Assembly: GCA_963826915.1 (NCBI GenBank)
Contig: CAWGYG010000008.1
Location: 69,485-133,484 of the forward strand
From: an uncultured Acidobacteriaceae bacterium
GTDB lineage: Bacteria > Acidobacteriota > Terriglobia > Terriglobales > Acidobacteriaceae
Reading direction: 5' to 3'
Length of the DNA stretch: 64,000 nt
The position numbers were made by a program, and so were the translations under genes. The notes under the pieces are model-generated. The model did not search any database. It saw only the letters and a program-made list of their open reading frames with translations, and was not told where the DNA came from. This document shows, piece by piece, positions 1-9,055 of the stretch (its first letter is position 1; every line of letters begins with the position of its first letter).

Positions 1-2010
1 GACGAACTGGCGAATGCCGGTCTGGAAGGATGTTTGATCGGAGACTTTACCATCGACAACGAAGCTGATTGAGACCGGATAAAGATTTGGCTCTCCGTAG
101 CCCACCGGCCACCAGAGCTTTGGATTTGTGAGTCGGAGGGTCGGCTGCGTTGAAGGAGAGAGCTCTATGTTCTTTGTTGAAGATGGCTCGATCGTTACCG
201 GTGTTTCGACGGTTATGTCACCGAAGCGTGCGCGTAGAGTGCCGGAGACGGCCTTCGCATCCTGATTGAGCAGCGCTGCACGGATAGTGATTTCGGCGTA
301 CGTGGTATCGGGCAGAGGCAGGGCGGTTGTGACCAGCGGGTCTTCGATGGTGACAGAACCGCTGGTGGTGAGGGAGACATTGCTCCAAATACCGGTGTTG
401 CGCCCTCGAATAGTAGAGATCCAGTCCCATCCAGCAGAGGCATGATAGGTCGGGTTGTCGCGACCAAGCGCGCCGCCATTTACGGTCATACCGGCCTTGT
501 CTTTTGTACTTCCGGGATTGGCTGCGCGAATTATGCGAACGGCGAGCGCATTTGCGGCTCCAGGGCGCACCAGGCTTGTCACATCAAATCGCCCACGCAT
601 GAACCCGCCATCGATTCGTCCAACAGCGTGGCCATTGAGATAAACCTCGGCTTTCCAATTAATTCCGTCGAAGTTCAGCCAGAAATGTTGCCCAGGCCGC
701 TGAACCGGCGCGGCCACAAACTCATTGCGATACCAGAAATCCGCGCAAAAGAACGAATCAGAGACAGCGTATTGGTTATCGCCAAAGTCAGGGTTGGGAA
801 TTGCGCCGTCGTTCAGATAGCTGGTTAGCACGGTTCCGGGGACGGTGGCAATCATCCACTCTTTATCAGCAAACCCGGGCACCGAAAGTTGCTCGCCGTC
901 GGCGCTCACTAGCGAGGCGCGTTGCAGGCGCCAGTTACCGCCGGCAAGAGTGAGCATGCCATCCGATCGCGCTGCTGCCGCTGCATGCGGTTGGGCGACT
1001 GGACCACCGCGACCGAAGACCTCAAGCTCGCTAAGGATGTACCGCCCTCCTCGCTCTCCAGGCTTGGTCATCAAAACGCGAACATAGCGACCGTGAGCAG
1101 GTTTGACGAGATGAATGTCGTCGTCAAGTCCGTTGCCTGCCGTCAGTTGTTGCAGAGTCCGCCATTGCGCCGCGTCGTTTGAAACCTGGATAGCACCCTC
1201 GGCGGCGCGCTGAATCCAGGCAAGTGCGACGCGGTCAAAGGTGCAGTTAGCACCAAGATCAACATAGACCCACTCTTCGCCGCTGCCCTCGCTCATCCAA
1301 GCGCTCGAAAAGATGTCAGGCCCGGCCACGCGCACTTCCTGACCCTTGTCGAAGAGAGCAATTTCGGCAATTCCCCAGGTGCGCACGTTGGACGCGGACA
1401 GTTGTACCCGAAAATCGTGGAATCTTGCAGGCGCATTGAATGAAACTGACTGCTTAAAGCTCGGGCCCGAAGCGCTCATGTCGGGCCACTCAGAACCGAC
1501 GGCGCGACCGAGTTCCTTCCAGTTTTGATGGTCATCAGATCCGGACACTATGTAGGTCCAGGTTCCGGATAGAGCCCGCCCGTTGATTTTGCGCAGATAC
1601 AAGTCGACGTGGTCAATTTCGGGAGGATCGCCACTGCCCTCTATATTGAACTCAACCCAAGGATTATCGCCCGAGATGTTGATTGAGGAGGTAACGTTGC
1701 CATCGAGGAAGACTTCGCGTTGATTCTTTGGCAATAACCCACCGTCGCTGGTGGAGGTAACAATCCACTGAGGCAGAGCCCTTTGTTTTATGCCGTCCGT
1801 AACTAGTTGAGCGGTTAAGTTGTAATCGTAAGCGCTGGATTGGTAGGCAGGCCGATGCAAGGCGAGATTACGATAGGTGTTCGAATCTGAAACGAGCGTG
1901 GGACCGAAGAATTCTTTGGGATCCCCTGGGTAGACGCCGATGCCTCGAGTATATTGCTGGGCCTGAGAAACCAAGGCGGCAGAAAGAACCAGTAGTGCAA
2001 GTCGTTTCAT
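1..2010 (-). CDS. Secreted glycoside hydrolase family 2-like enzyme with N-terminal F5/8 type C (discoidin/CBM32-like) domain; C-terminus lies beyond window start
   Basis: Absent from the ORF track because it has no in-window stop. Hand translation of the minus strand from ATG 2010 (GGAG about 6 nt upstream) gives 670 uninterrupted codons. These include the signal peptide MKRLALLVLSAALVSQAQQ, a discoidin-like segment (GRYVRVLMTKPGERGGRYILSELEVFG), and GH2 hallmarks FWLNFDGINWKAEVYLNGHAVG and PKLWWPVGYGEPNLY. Confidence 0.75.
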   Translation of the reverse strand, partial: MKRLALLVLSAALVSQAQQYTRGIGVYPGDPKEFFGPTLVSDSNTYRNLALHRPAYQSSAYDYNLTAQLVTDGIKQRALPQWIVTSTSDGGLLPKNQREVFLDGNVTSSINISGDNPWVEFNIEGSGDPPEIDHVDLYLRKINGRALSGTWTYIVSGSDDHQNWKELGRAVGSEWPDMSASGPSFKQSVSFNAPARFHDFRVQLSASNVRTWGIAEIALFDKGQEVRVAGPDIFSSAWMSEGSGEEWVYVDLGANCTFDRVALAWIQRAAEGAIQVSNDAAQWRTLQQLTAGNGLDDDIHLVKPAHGRYVRVLMTKPGERGGRYILSELEVFGRGGPVAQPHAAAAARSDGMLTLAGGNWRLQRASLVSADGEQLSVPGFADKEWMIATVPGTVLTSYLNDGAIPNPDFGDNQYAVSDSFFCADFWYRNEFVAAPVQRPGQHFWLNFDGINWKAEVYLNGHAVGRIDGGFMRGRFDVTSLVRPGAANALAVRIIRAANPGSTKDKAGMTVNGGALGRDNPTYHASAGWDWISTIRGRNTGIWSNVSLTTSGSVTIEDPLVTTALPLPDTTYAEITIRAALLNQDAKAVSGTLRARFGDITVETPVTIEPSSTKNIELSPSTQPTLRLTNPKLWWPVGYGEPNLYPVSISFVVDGKVSDQTSFQTGIRQFV

Positions 2011-2153
2011 TTTCGCTCCGGAGACACATGGTGAGCACAACAACTGGTGGGCCGAGAGATTGTGCCCAGTTGGGCGCAGCCAGGCTTGAGAATTCATGAA
2101 CCCGCAAGTCTAACTCTGCCCTTGCGCGAGCCGCAATGAACCCCGGAGCTGGA

Positions 2154-2387
2154 TCAAGTGTCTTTGCGATAAAGGAGATCGCGGATCGCGCGCCGCCTGG
2201 CCTCGTTCGCCTCACTCTCGGCCTTCCGTTCCTCGGCGCTAAGGTGCTGCTTTTCGGCTGAATCCGCGGATTCGGGGGTACTGCACTCGGGGCAACGATT
2301 TGCGAACCCCGGCTTATCCGGCCTGAGTTCAAACTCTTCACCGCAAACCACGCATGTTTTGATGGGAAAAGTCATCAGAAATATCAT
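2154..2387 (-). CDS. Small zinc-ribbon protein (two CxxC pairs), function unknown
   Basis: 77-aa ORF containing CVVCGEEF...CPEC followed by a charged helical tail. The start could instead be the internal ATG at 2375. No clear SD. Confidence 0.4.
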   Translation of the reverse strand: MIFLMTFPIKTCVVCGEEFELRPDKPGFANRCPECSTPESADSAEKQHLSAEERKAESEANEARRRAIRDLLYRKDT

Positions 2388-2481
2388 AAGCCAGATAACT
2401 TCAGCCAGATGACTTCGCTGATCGCCTGAGTGGAGGGAAGATCTTTGAGACCCGCTGTGTAGGCGTGGATATGAGTGCGGC

Positions 2482-3504
2482 CTACCTTGCCTCCCGGCGG
2501 CCCCAGTATCCCTTGTTCAATCCGAGATGGTACTTTACCCTCGGTGCGATCTGACTCTCGTGTTTCCCGATCTTGTATCCGAGGTACTTGGCTCCGGTCC
2601 GAATTAACGAGGATGGAATGTGTTGAGGCCCATGTTTCAGAAGGTATTTGAGCTCGGATAGAACAAATTTTCGGCCCTCTCCCGATGCACTGCCGAAGTT
2701 ACGAATCAACCAATTCTCCCGGGAGTGCAATACGCCAATGTCGAAATACCGCCTGAACTCTTCAGCAATGGAATATGCGTGGGAATGCGTCACGATTGCC
2801 TCCGCCACATAGGCGGTTCGCCATCCTGCCCTATGCAACATTGCTACTACCAGTGTATCTTCACCGAAAATCACATCGGATGAGAACCCCCCGACACTCG
2901 TGAGGGCATCCCGTCGATAGGCTCCAAATGAATTTGAAAAGAAAATTGATTTGAAGCCGAAAGTTTTCCTGCTTTCCCACGAGCGCATCCGAGATGTAGG
3001 CGGATAGTTGAAGCTTCGGGCGTGGGCTTCAATTAGATTTGCTGTGTCGCGCGGGAGTTGACGACCAAATGCCGCACCAATCAATGGGTCATCAAATGCG
3101 GCCACAAGGTGCTTGAAAGCATCCGGATCACGTGGGATAGCATCCTGGGTAAGGTAGAGGAGAATATCCGCGTCAGTAGCGCACTCGGCACCAAACTGCC
3201 GGGTACGCCCATGGTCGAAATCGCGTTCGTTGATCAAGAGGACCTTGAAGCCCGCGCGACCAGCTTCGTTGGCGGTCTCATCCGTTGAGGCTGAATCAAT
3301 GACTATTACTTGATCCGGAGCTAGACTCTGGTTGCGAATACCCTCGGAGAGCGCACGCCAATGTTGCATTGCATTATGGGTCGGAATGATCAAGGCGATT
3401 TTGAAACTTCGTGATTTGGGAATCAGGCTTTCCTCTCCTTTCTCTGCGAAAAGTGCCATACGGAACCTCGGGCGCGTCGATGCGGACACAAACAATGTCG
3501 TCAA
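2482..3504 (-). CDS. Glycosyltransferase family 2 (rhamnosyltransferase-like)
   Basis: IALIIPTHNAMQHW...VIVIDSASTDET...LTQDAIP is typical of the GT-A/GT2 N-terminal fold. Last gene of the EPS operon. Confidence 0.8.
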   Translation of the reverse strand: MTTLFVSASTRPRFRMALFAEKGEESLIPKSRSFKIALIIPTHNAMQHWRALSEGIRNQSLAPDQVIVIDSASTDETANEAGRAGFKVLLINERDFDHGRTRQFGAECATDADILLYLTQDAIPRDPDAFKHLVAAFDDPLIGAAFGRQLPRDTANLIEAHARSFNYPPTSRMRSWESRKTFGFKSIFFSNSFGAYRRDALTSVGGFSSDVIFGEDTLVVAMLHRAGWRTAYVAEAIVTHSHAYSIAEEFRRYFDIGVLHSRENWLIRNFGSASGEGRKFVLSELKYLLKHGPQHIPSSLIRTGAKYLGYKIGKHESQIAPRVKYHLGLNKGYWGRREAR

Positions 3505-3555
3505 CGCGCTAAGTCTTTGTTTGGATTTCGTTGGGTCACGCCCGGGGGCGGGTAG

Positions 3556-5289
3556 TCAAACCCGGGTGTTGGAAGCGCGTCGGTCTAAGTGTGAAGTGGG
3601 GCGCAACAAATGCGAAACGTGCGCCAACAGCAACTCGATCCGCGAAAGTATCTGATGCGACAGAGGTTTTTTCTGACTCGCGTTTTGTGAGTGCCTTCGG
3701 TAGAACAACAAGTCCTCGTCGATGAATGCAGTCTTACCACCGGATATTTCGTTTCGTGTGCCGATCCATGCGTCGTGCAGAAACGAATTGCGCTTTGGAA
3801 AAGGAAGCACACGGCCGAGTAGCGTCGAACGGATTGCCATCGCAGAACCCTGATAGTGATTCTTGAACAGGTTTTGCCAAAATCCTGGGAGGAACTTGCC
3901 GTTACGGTTGACATGAGAGTTCGGTAATTGCTTGTCCTGTTCATCGATGAGATGCGCCCGGCTGGTGACGATTTCAACATCTGGGAATGCTGCAAACACA
4001 TCAAGAAACCGCTGCACCTTTGTGAGGGCCCACACGTCGTCGTCGTCACACAAGAAAATGATGTCGCCAGTGGAGCATCGAAGCGCATCTTCGAACGTCC
4101 TCATCACTCCTGCATTCCTGGTATGCTTGAGAACCTGGATGCGCTGGTCATTTGCTCCGGCAATACGTTCGACCGTTTCATCCTGGGAACAGTCATCAAC
4201 CACGATCACTTCATCTTCATTGTGAAGCTGCGGCAGAATTGATCGGAGCTGGGCATCAACGAATTTTCCGCCGTTGTATGCGGCCATGCACACTGACACC
4301 TTGAGGCGCCTCATTGCCTGCGATGGCGGGAAACGGTTGCCAAACTGCTGCAGCGTTTTCTGCCTCCACTCTTCAATCCGCTTGCACTTGGACATCATTA
4401 GTCGTCTTGTAAGTGCGCTCCAAGTGATACGCCGCAACTCTTTGCTGTCATTTCGCATGCGATGCTTAGCCATGCGCAGCAGAAGTCTGAAATTGCGCTC
4501 CCATCCTGCCACTCGATTCATCCTCAGATCCCAGAATGCAGACTCTGCCAAAAGGACATTCCGATATCGTTCAGCACTCATCCGGTGACTCATGTCCTTC
4601 ATAGAGAACTCATGCTGAATTTGGATATCGCCGGCGACGAAGACCCGCTTGCCGTGTTCGTTGAGTTTGCTGAATATCATCGCGTCGCTGTTATCAAGCC
4701 AGAACCATGGGTTGTATCCGCCAACCTGCTGAAGAGCCGCGACTCTTAGCATTGCGCCTGAATTGAAGGCGAATACAGCTTCATTCGGAACACCGCAATA
4801 GCCTCGGTCATACCAGCGAGGAATCGCACCCAACAAGAAACGATTCGGTGACAGCAACTTTCCGTCGGCTTCAATCTGCGGGACGATTGCGCCCACCCCT
4901 GCAAAGCGAGTGGACATCTGCGCGGCGGAAGCCATCTTCGCGAAGTAGTTGAACGGAAGCGCCGTGTCCTGATCGAGCGTGATGAGCCACTCTGAATGCC
5001 ACTCATTTGCCCCTGCAAGCGCCCAATTGTAGGCGTTTGCCAAGCCTGCGTTCCGAGGCTCGCTTCTGTAGATCACACCTGTGGGTAGATCGTTCACGGG
5101 TTGGGGCACTGGGCTGTTATCCCAGAGTAGAACTTGCGTTGAACCAGCCTGGATGTCGTGCCCTACGAGCGCATTCATGACGCTGCGAAACGCTGGCGAG
5201 TCCGCAGGGGCGATCCGGTAAAGGACAATGATGACGGTCGCGCGAAACGGCCTGCCTTGCTCTTGAAAGATTGGCTCAACCAAGCTCAT
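3556..5289 (-). CDS. Two-domain glycosyltransferase (tandem GT2 modules)
   Basis: The track ORF runs to 5484, but the internal ATG at 5289 forms an ATGA overlap with the stop of the upstream polymerase gene. N-terminal module: ATVIIVLYRIAP...LWDNSP...TLDQDT. C-terminal module: KVSVCMAAYNGGKFVDAQLRSI...VIVVDDCSQDET...FLCDDDDVW. Confidence 0.8.
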   Translation of the reverse strand: MSLVEPIFQEQGRPFRATVIIVLYRIAPADSPAFRSVMNALVGHDIQAGSTQVLLWDNSPVPQPVNDLPTGVIYRSEPRNAGLANAYNWALAGANEWHSEWLITLDQDTALPFNYFAKMASAAQMSTRFAGVGAIVPQIEADGKLLSPNRFLLGAIPRWYDRGYCGVPNEAVFAFNSGAMLRVAALQQVGGYNPWFWLDNSDAMIFSKLNEHGKRVFVAGDIQIQHEFSMKDMSHRMSAERYRNVLLAESAFWDLRMNRVAGWERNFRLLLRMAKHRMRNDSKELRRITWSALTRRLMMSKCKRIEEWRQKTLQQFGNRFPPSQAMRRLKVSVCMAAYNGGKFVDAQLRSILPQLHNEDEVIVVDDCSQDETVERIAGANDQRIQVLKHTRNAGVMRTFEDALRCSTGDIIFLCDDDDVWALTKVQRFLDVFAAFPDVEIVTSRAHLIDEQDKQLPNSHVNRNGKFLPGFWQNLFKNHYQGSAMAIRSTLLGRVLPFPKRNSFLHDAWIGTRNEISGGKTAFIDEDLLFYRRHSQNASQKKPLSHQILSRIELLLAHVSHLLRPTSHLDRRASNTRV

Positions 5290-6566
5290 GCGGGCTCCAC
5301 GCTGAGATCTGCGGTGGTTCTCCAACGAAAGCATCTCTTTTGGACAGAGATTTGGATAAGGAGTTGAAGGATCGTGGAAAGAGGTGTGAACATATCGCTG
5401 AAGAAGATCAAAGATAGACACGCGAGGAGTATCCCGGAGACCAGAATCTGCCTTGGAAGCGATCGCTCCCACAGCCATCCGCATCCTAAGCCCAACGCCA
5501 GATTCGCCAGATAGACACCTAGATACGAGAAGTCGAGAGCATACGCTGATAGATAGGTGCTTGCACCATCAATGATGCTTAGGTCGTTATGAATTGAGGC
5601 ATGGGGATCGGAGGGCGTGAGGAACGAAGGAAGCAGCGGATACAAAAAGGCCATTGTCGGCCCGTGGTAATTACCTTTAGCAAACAACCAGCATAGATTC
5701 GAGAAAGGGATTGAAACGTAGGAAACCAACCACAAATACACCGTAGGCCAGTCATAGAACTTTTCGCGGATTTGCAGGTACTCCAGGAACACTTCATGGG
5801 CCGTACGCGCATTCCCAATCATGGTAGTGGCCAGGATGCCAACAACCAGGCACCCAAATGCTAGTGAATAGAGTTTTCGTTTGCTCATATTCGTCCGTAT
5901 TGCGAAGACATAGAACATTTGAAGCAAAGCTACCATCAGCAATCCGCGCGTAATGTAGAGCAACATGCCGGCGATGCCGAACATTGCAAATAGAGCTTTT
6001 CTCCATCGGGACGAATCGAGCGTCGAGTTCACTGTTACGGTGACGAGAAGTGGAAAGAGCACTTGTTTGAACCGACCATAAGTCAAATAGGATGTCGGAT
6101 CGCCTAGCGCGGGAGGAGGCCCACTGGTCACCCAGTTGTACAAAATGATCATGAGGGCCGCGCATGCCATGAGAAGATTGAAGCGCCAAATCATGGTGAC
6201 ATCGAGTGTGTAAGAGAGAGACTCTCCGGCCCTGGCCCCGCGAAGCAGAGTAGTGTGCGCCACCAGATATCCGAAGAAGAACGAGCCTACCGAAAGCGCA
6301 CAAAGCAGAATCGGTATATCCATGAGTGGATATGTCACATAGGTGATCTGTGCGCTGAGCGACGCCATCATGAACGCCCAATTGAACACAAAGAGTGCAA
6401 CGGGATTGCAGAACAAGGGAAGGTCCTTGTGGGCTTTGAGGACACCCTCGACGAGTTTGTGCTTTCCGCGCGTGCCTGCCAGTGCAGGCCAAATCGCCGC
6501 AGCAGCGAGACCGCTTTGAGCAGGTGGGCTTGTGCTGTAAGCAGAGTTCTGTAGCGATTCGTTCAT
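5286..6566 (-). CDS. Polytopic membrane protein, candidate Wzy-type repeat-unit polymerase
   Basis: 426 aa, hydrophobic along nearly the whole length with roughly ten or more predicted helices. Embedded between GT genes, with ATGA overlaps at both ends. No sequence motif is diagnostic, so the call rests on context. Confidence 0.55.
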   Translation of the reverse strand: MNESLQNSAYSTSPPAQSGLAAAAIWPALAGTRGKHKLVEGVLKAHKDLPLFCNPVALFVFNWAFMMASLSAQITYVTYPLMDIPILLCALSVGSFFFGYLVAHTTLLRGARAGESLSYTLDVTMIWRFNLLMACAALMIILYNWVTSGPPPALGDPTSYLTYGRFKQVLFPLLVTVTVNSTLDSSRWRKALFAMFGIAGMLLYITRGLLMVALLQMFYVFAIRTNMSKRKLYSLAFGCLVVGILATTMIGNARTAHEVFLEYLQIREKFYDWPTVYLWLVSYVSIPFSNLCWLFAKGNYHGPTMAFLYPLLPSFLTPSDPHASIHNDLSIIDGASTYLSAYALDFSYLGVYLANLALGLGCGWLWERSLPRQILVSGILLACLSLIFFSDMFTPLSTILQLLIQISVQKRCFRWRTTADLSVEPA

Positions 6567-7558
6567 GGCATCTCCCGGCCCAAGAGCAAGTCAGTCCGCA
6601 GTGAAGCGAGACCTCGCGCGTAGTGGAGGTAGCTGTGCAACTGTCGAGTAACCTGAAGTGTGCGAACCGCCAATCTTTGAGAAAGCATGGATTGGCGTCT
6701 TAGAAACGCTATCTTTTCGCGCACTCTGGCCACGAGCCCGTCTTGCGAATTCCAACCCTCCGACAGAAGGACATTCAATAAGTCCTCGAACTGGTGAGCC
6801 ACCCGGGCGTAGTGCTGACGCCGAGTCTCAGAACACGCATTCCCTGGTTGCACCCCATTCAAGGGACCTACGCCTAGTTGCTGACCGGCATGAACACGAT
6901 AGTCAATGAGAGGCTCAGCAACCAGACCCAACCGGGAATGCAGGGAAATCTTCCAAGTCAACCACCCGTCATGGACCCAAGAGGTGGGTATAGGCAGGCA
7001 AAAGCTCCGCATCGATGCGCGAAAGATGAGTGTCGCGCCGGTAACCACGTCGTGTTTCAAGAGCATTGTGGCCGGATCGCTTAAGAACTTCCGCTGCCGG
7101 ACGGGAGAAAACCCGTGTTTTGCAAAAAGCCTCATCCCGATCGGTTTGGAGTTGCAATCAATCAAATTTGCATCAGAAAACACACCGCCTAGAAATGGGT
7201 TTGCTTCGAGAATTCCAGAAAGCGTCTCCAGTTTGCGTGGTGACCAGGAATCATCCTGGTCGCACAGGGCAATGAATTCTCCTGATGCCAGATAAATGGC
7301 TTGTTCAAAGTTCTTGGTCGGCCCAAGCCTTTGAGGATTCTTGGTGATATGAACAGGAAATGGAGCTTGGGATCGAAATTCCTTGAGGACACCCAGCGTG
7401 CCGTCGATCGAGCCGTCATCGCAGACAACAAGTTCAGCAGGAAGCCGCGATTGAAGCGCAATGCTTTCAAGCTGTTCTTGAAGAAACCTGTGGCCGTTAA
7501 AGGTGCAAAGTACGACCGAGATGCTGGGAATTCGGACATGTGCATCGATCGGTTTCAT
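6563..7558 (-). CDS. Glycosyltransferase family 2
   Basis: ISVVLCTFNGHRFLQEQLESIALQS...LVVCDDGSIDGT...ALCDQDDSW (DxD-type GT2 signature). ATGA overlap with the downstream gene. Confidence 0.85.
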   Translation of the reverse strand: MKPIDAHVRIPSISVVLCTFNGHRFLQEQLESIALQSRLPAELVVCDDGSIDGTLGVLKEFRSQAPFPVHITKNPQRLGPTKNFEQAIYLASGEFIALCDQDDSWSPRKLETLSGILEANPFLGGVFSDANLIDCNSKPIGMRLFAKHGFSPVRQRKFLSDPATMLLKHDVVTGATLIFRASMRSFCLPIPTSWVHDGWLTWKISLHSRLGLVAEPLIDYRVHAGQQLGVGPLNGVQPGNACSETRRQHYARVAHQFEDLLNVLLSEGWNSQDGLVARVREKIAFLRRQSMLSQRLAVRTLQVTRQLHSYLHYARGLASLRTDLLLGREMP

Positions 7559-7561
7559 GTG

Positions 7562-9025
7562 TTAAATCTCCGCCTGCGCCCATTGACTTCGCTTCGTAAA
7601 AAAGATCACAGTCGCTGAAACGACACCTGCGACGCCGAGCACCAGAAAATAGGCAACTGAGACTCCCCATGCACCCGAAAGTTTCGCAAAGACAAAAACG
7701 CATGCAGCTGTTGATGACGCGATGACTACAGATTGAATGAGAAATGGCTCGCATTTATGCGCGCGCAAATAGATTGCTTCGCTTTGAACAACATGGCCGC
7801 CGAGCGCGGTTAGGAGCAGCAGTAGGAATATCGGCCAAGGCTCGATTCTCTGAGAAAGCTTAGGTAGGACCAACGGAGCGATAGTCACTCCGCAGAGAAC
7901 CATTGCCGAGCCAGCGGCGAACAGAGAAATTGATTGTCGCAGGGTGCGGAAGAACATCCTGTCCAATTCTGCGACGTCTTTTCTGGCAATCAAGCTGCCA
8001 AACGGCGCCGCCTTGGTTGTCATCCATGCGAGCATCATGGCGCTCATTTGAGTGACTATGCTCATGGAGAGGCCCATGCGTCCAGCTTCCACCGGACCGC
8101 GAAACGCAAATAGAACCGGTGTGAAGAGTTGAAAGATGAAGTAGTCGCAAAGCCAACTCACTGCAATCTTCCACTGGAATGGCCATACTTCGCGCGCCCA
8201 ACTGATCCCATTTTGAGCGACATCGAGCCTGAGCAGCGGAACGAGCAATCTGCGACGCGAATAGAGAAGGATGCTGGCGACAAGCCCTTGCCCAACCAAG
8301 ACCATCGCGGGTGCATAGAGGCCGTGCCGAGTGAGCATTGCGGTCCACGCCAATGCAACACTAACAGTTGACTGAAAGAAGCGCATACGGGCCACCTGTG
8401 CGACTTGACCGCATCCTTCAAGAAACGACAGCACCGGCCCAATAGAAAAGGTGAGGGCGCAGGCAAATACAGTTACCCGCAATGGGCCTAGCCAGATTTC
8501 CGGTACCCCCGGTTCCTGGCGAATCGCAAAGAAGTGCATGCCGCCAACCAGGAGTGCTACACCCATTAGCAAAGCTGCAAATGTGTACCAGCGCACTGCA
8601 CGCTGCAATACGGAGGCGAGGCGGAAGTGAGCAGTCGCACTCCCCGTGATGGTTCCGTCTGGTTGAAACTCGAGGTGCGCGCGCTCGTGAGCCGCAACCT
8701 GCAAAATGACGAACGAGAATCCCAGTTCGAATACGCTCTGTAAGGCAACGAGGCTCCACAGTGCGTAGTAATAGCCTTGTTCTGCGGCCGTCAGAAAGTG
8801 CACAATCAGCAACACGGTTCCGATGCTGCCGAGCCCCTGCACCAAGCGCCCGAGAACAGTAAATGCGATTGCCCTGTCGAGCCCGATGTAATGCGGAAGT
8901 TTGTGTTTCAAAACATCCCGCATCCTTTGCCAGGCAGTTGGGGAAGGATGCTGAACTATGGGTATCTCTGAAGGCATAGGCACTTTCAAACACCGGACGA
9001 ATGAAGTCGAAGTCTGGTGAAGCAT
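7562..9025 (-). CDS. Polysaccharide flippase (Wzx/MOP-superfamily-like multi-pass membrane protein)
   Basis: 487 aa with about 12-14 hydrophobic helices, located between the PCP and GT genes. The start is uncertain because several in-frame Met codons lie near the N-terminus. Confidence 0.6.
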   Translation of the reverse strand: MLHQTSTSFVRCLKVPMPSEIPIVQHPSPTAWQRMRDVLKHKLPHYIGLDRAIAFTVLGRLVQGLGSIGTVLLIVHFLTAAEQGYYYALWSLVALQSVFELGFSFVILQVAAHERAHLEFQPDGTITGSATAHFRLASVLQRAVRWYTFAALLMGVALLVGGMHFFAIRQEPGVPEIWLGPLRVTVFACALTFSIGPVLSFLEGCGQVAQVARMRFFQSTVSVALAWTAMLTRHGLYAPAMVLVGQGLVASILLYSRRRLLVPLLRLDVAQNGISWAREVWPFQWKIAVSWLCDYFIFQLFTPVLFAFRGPVEAGRMGLSMSIVTQMSAMMLAWMTTKAAPFGSLIARKDVAELDRMFFRTLRQSISLFAAGSAMVLCGVTIAPLVLPKLSQRIEPWPIFLLLLLTALGGHVVQSEAIYLRAHKCEPFLIQSVVIASSTAACVFVFAKLSGAWGVSVAYFLVLGVAGVVSATVIFFTKRSQWAQAEI

Positions 9026-9055
9026 GAAAATCTTTGAAACGATGCTGCTCCGTTT

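Noticed and set aside
442-1528. Several 60-128-aa plus-strand ORFs in the first 2 kb
   Set aside because: They lie antisense to the uninterrupted 670-codon GH2 reading frame that I translated by hand.
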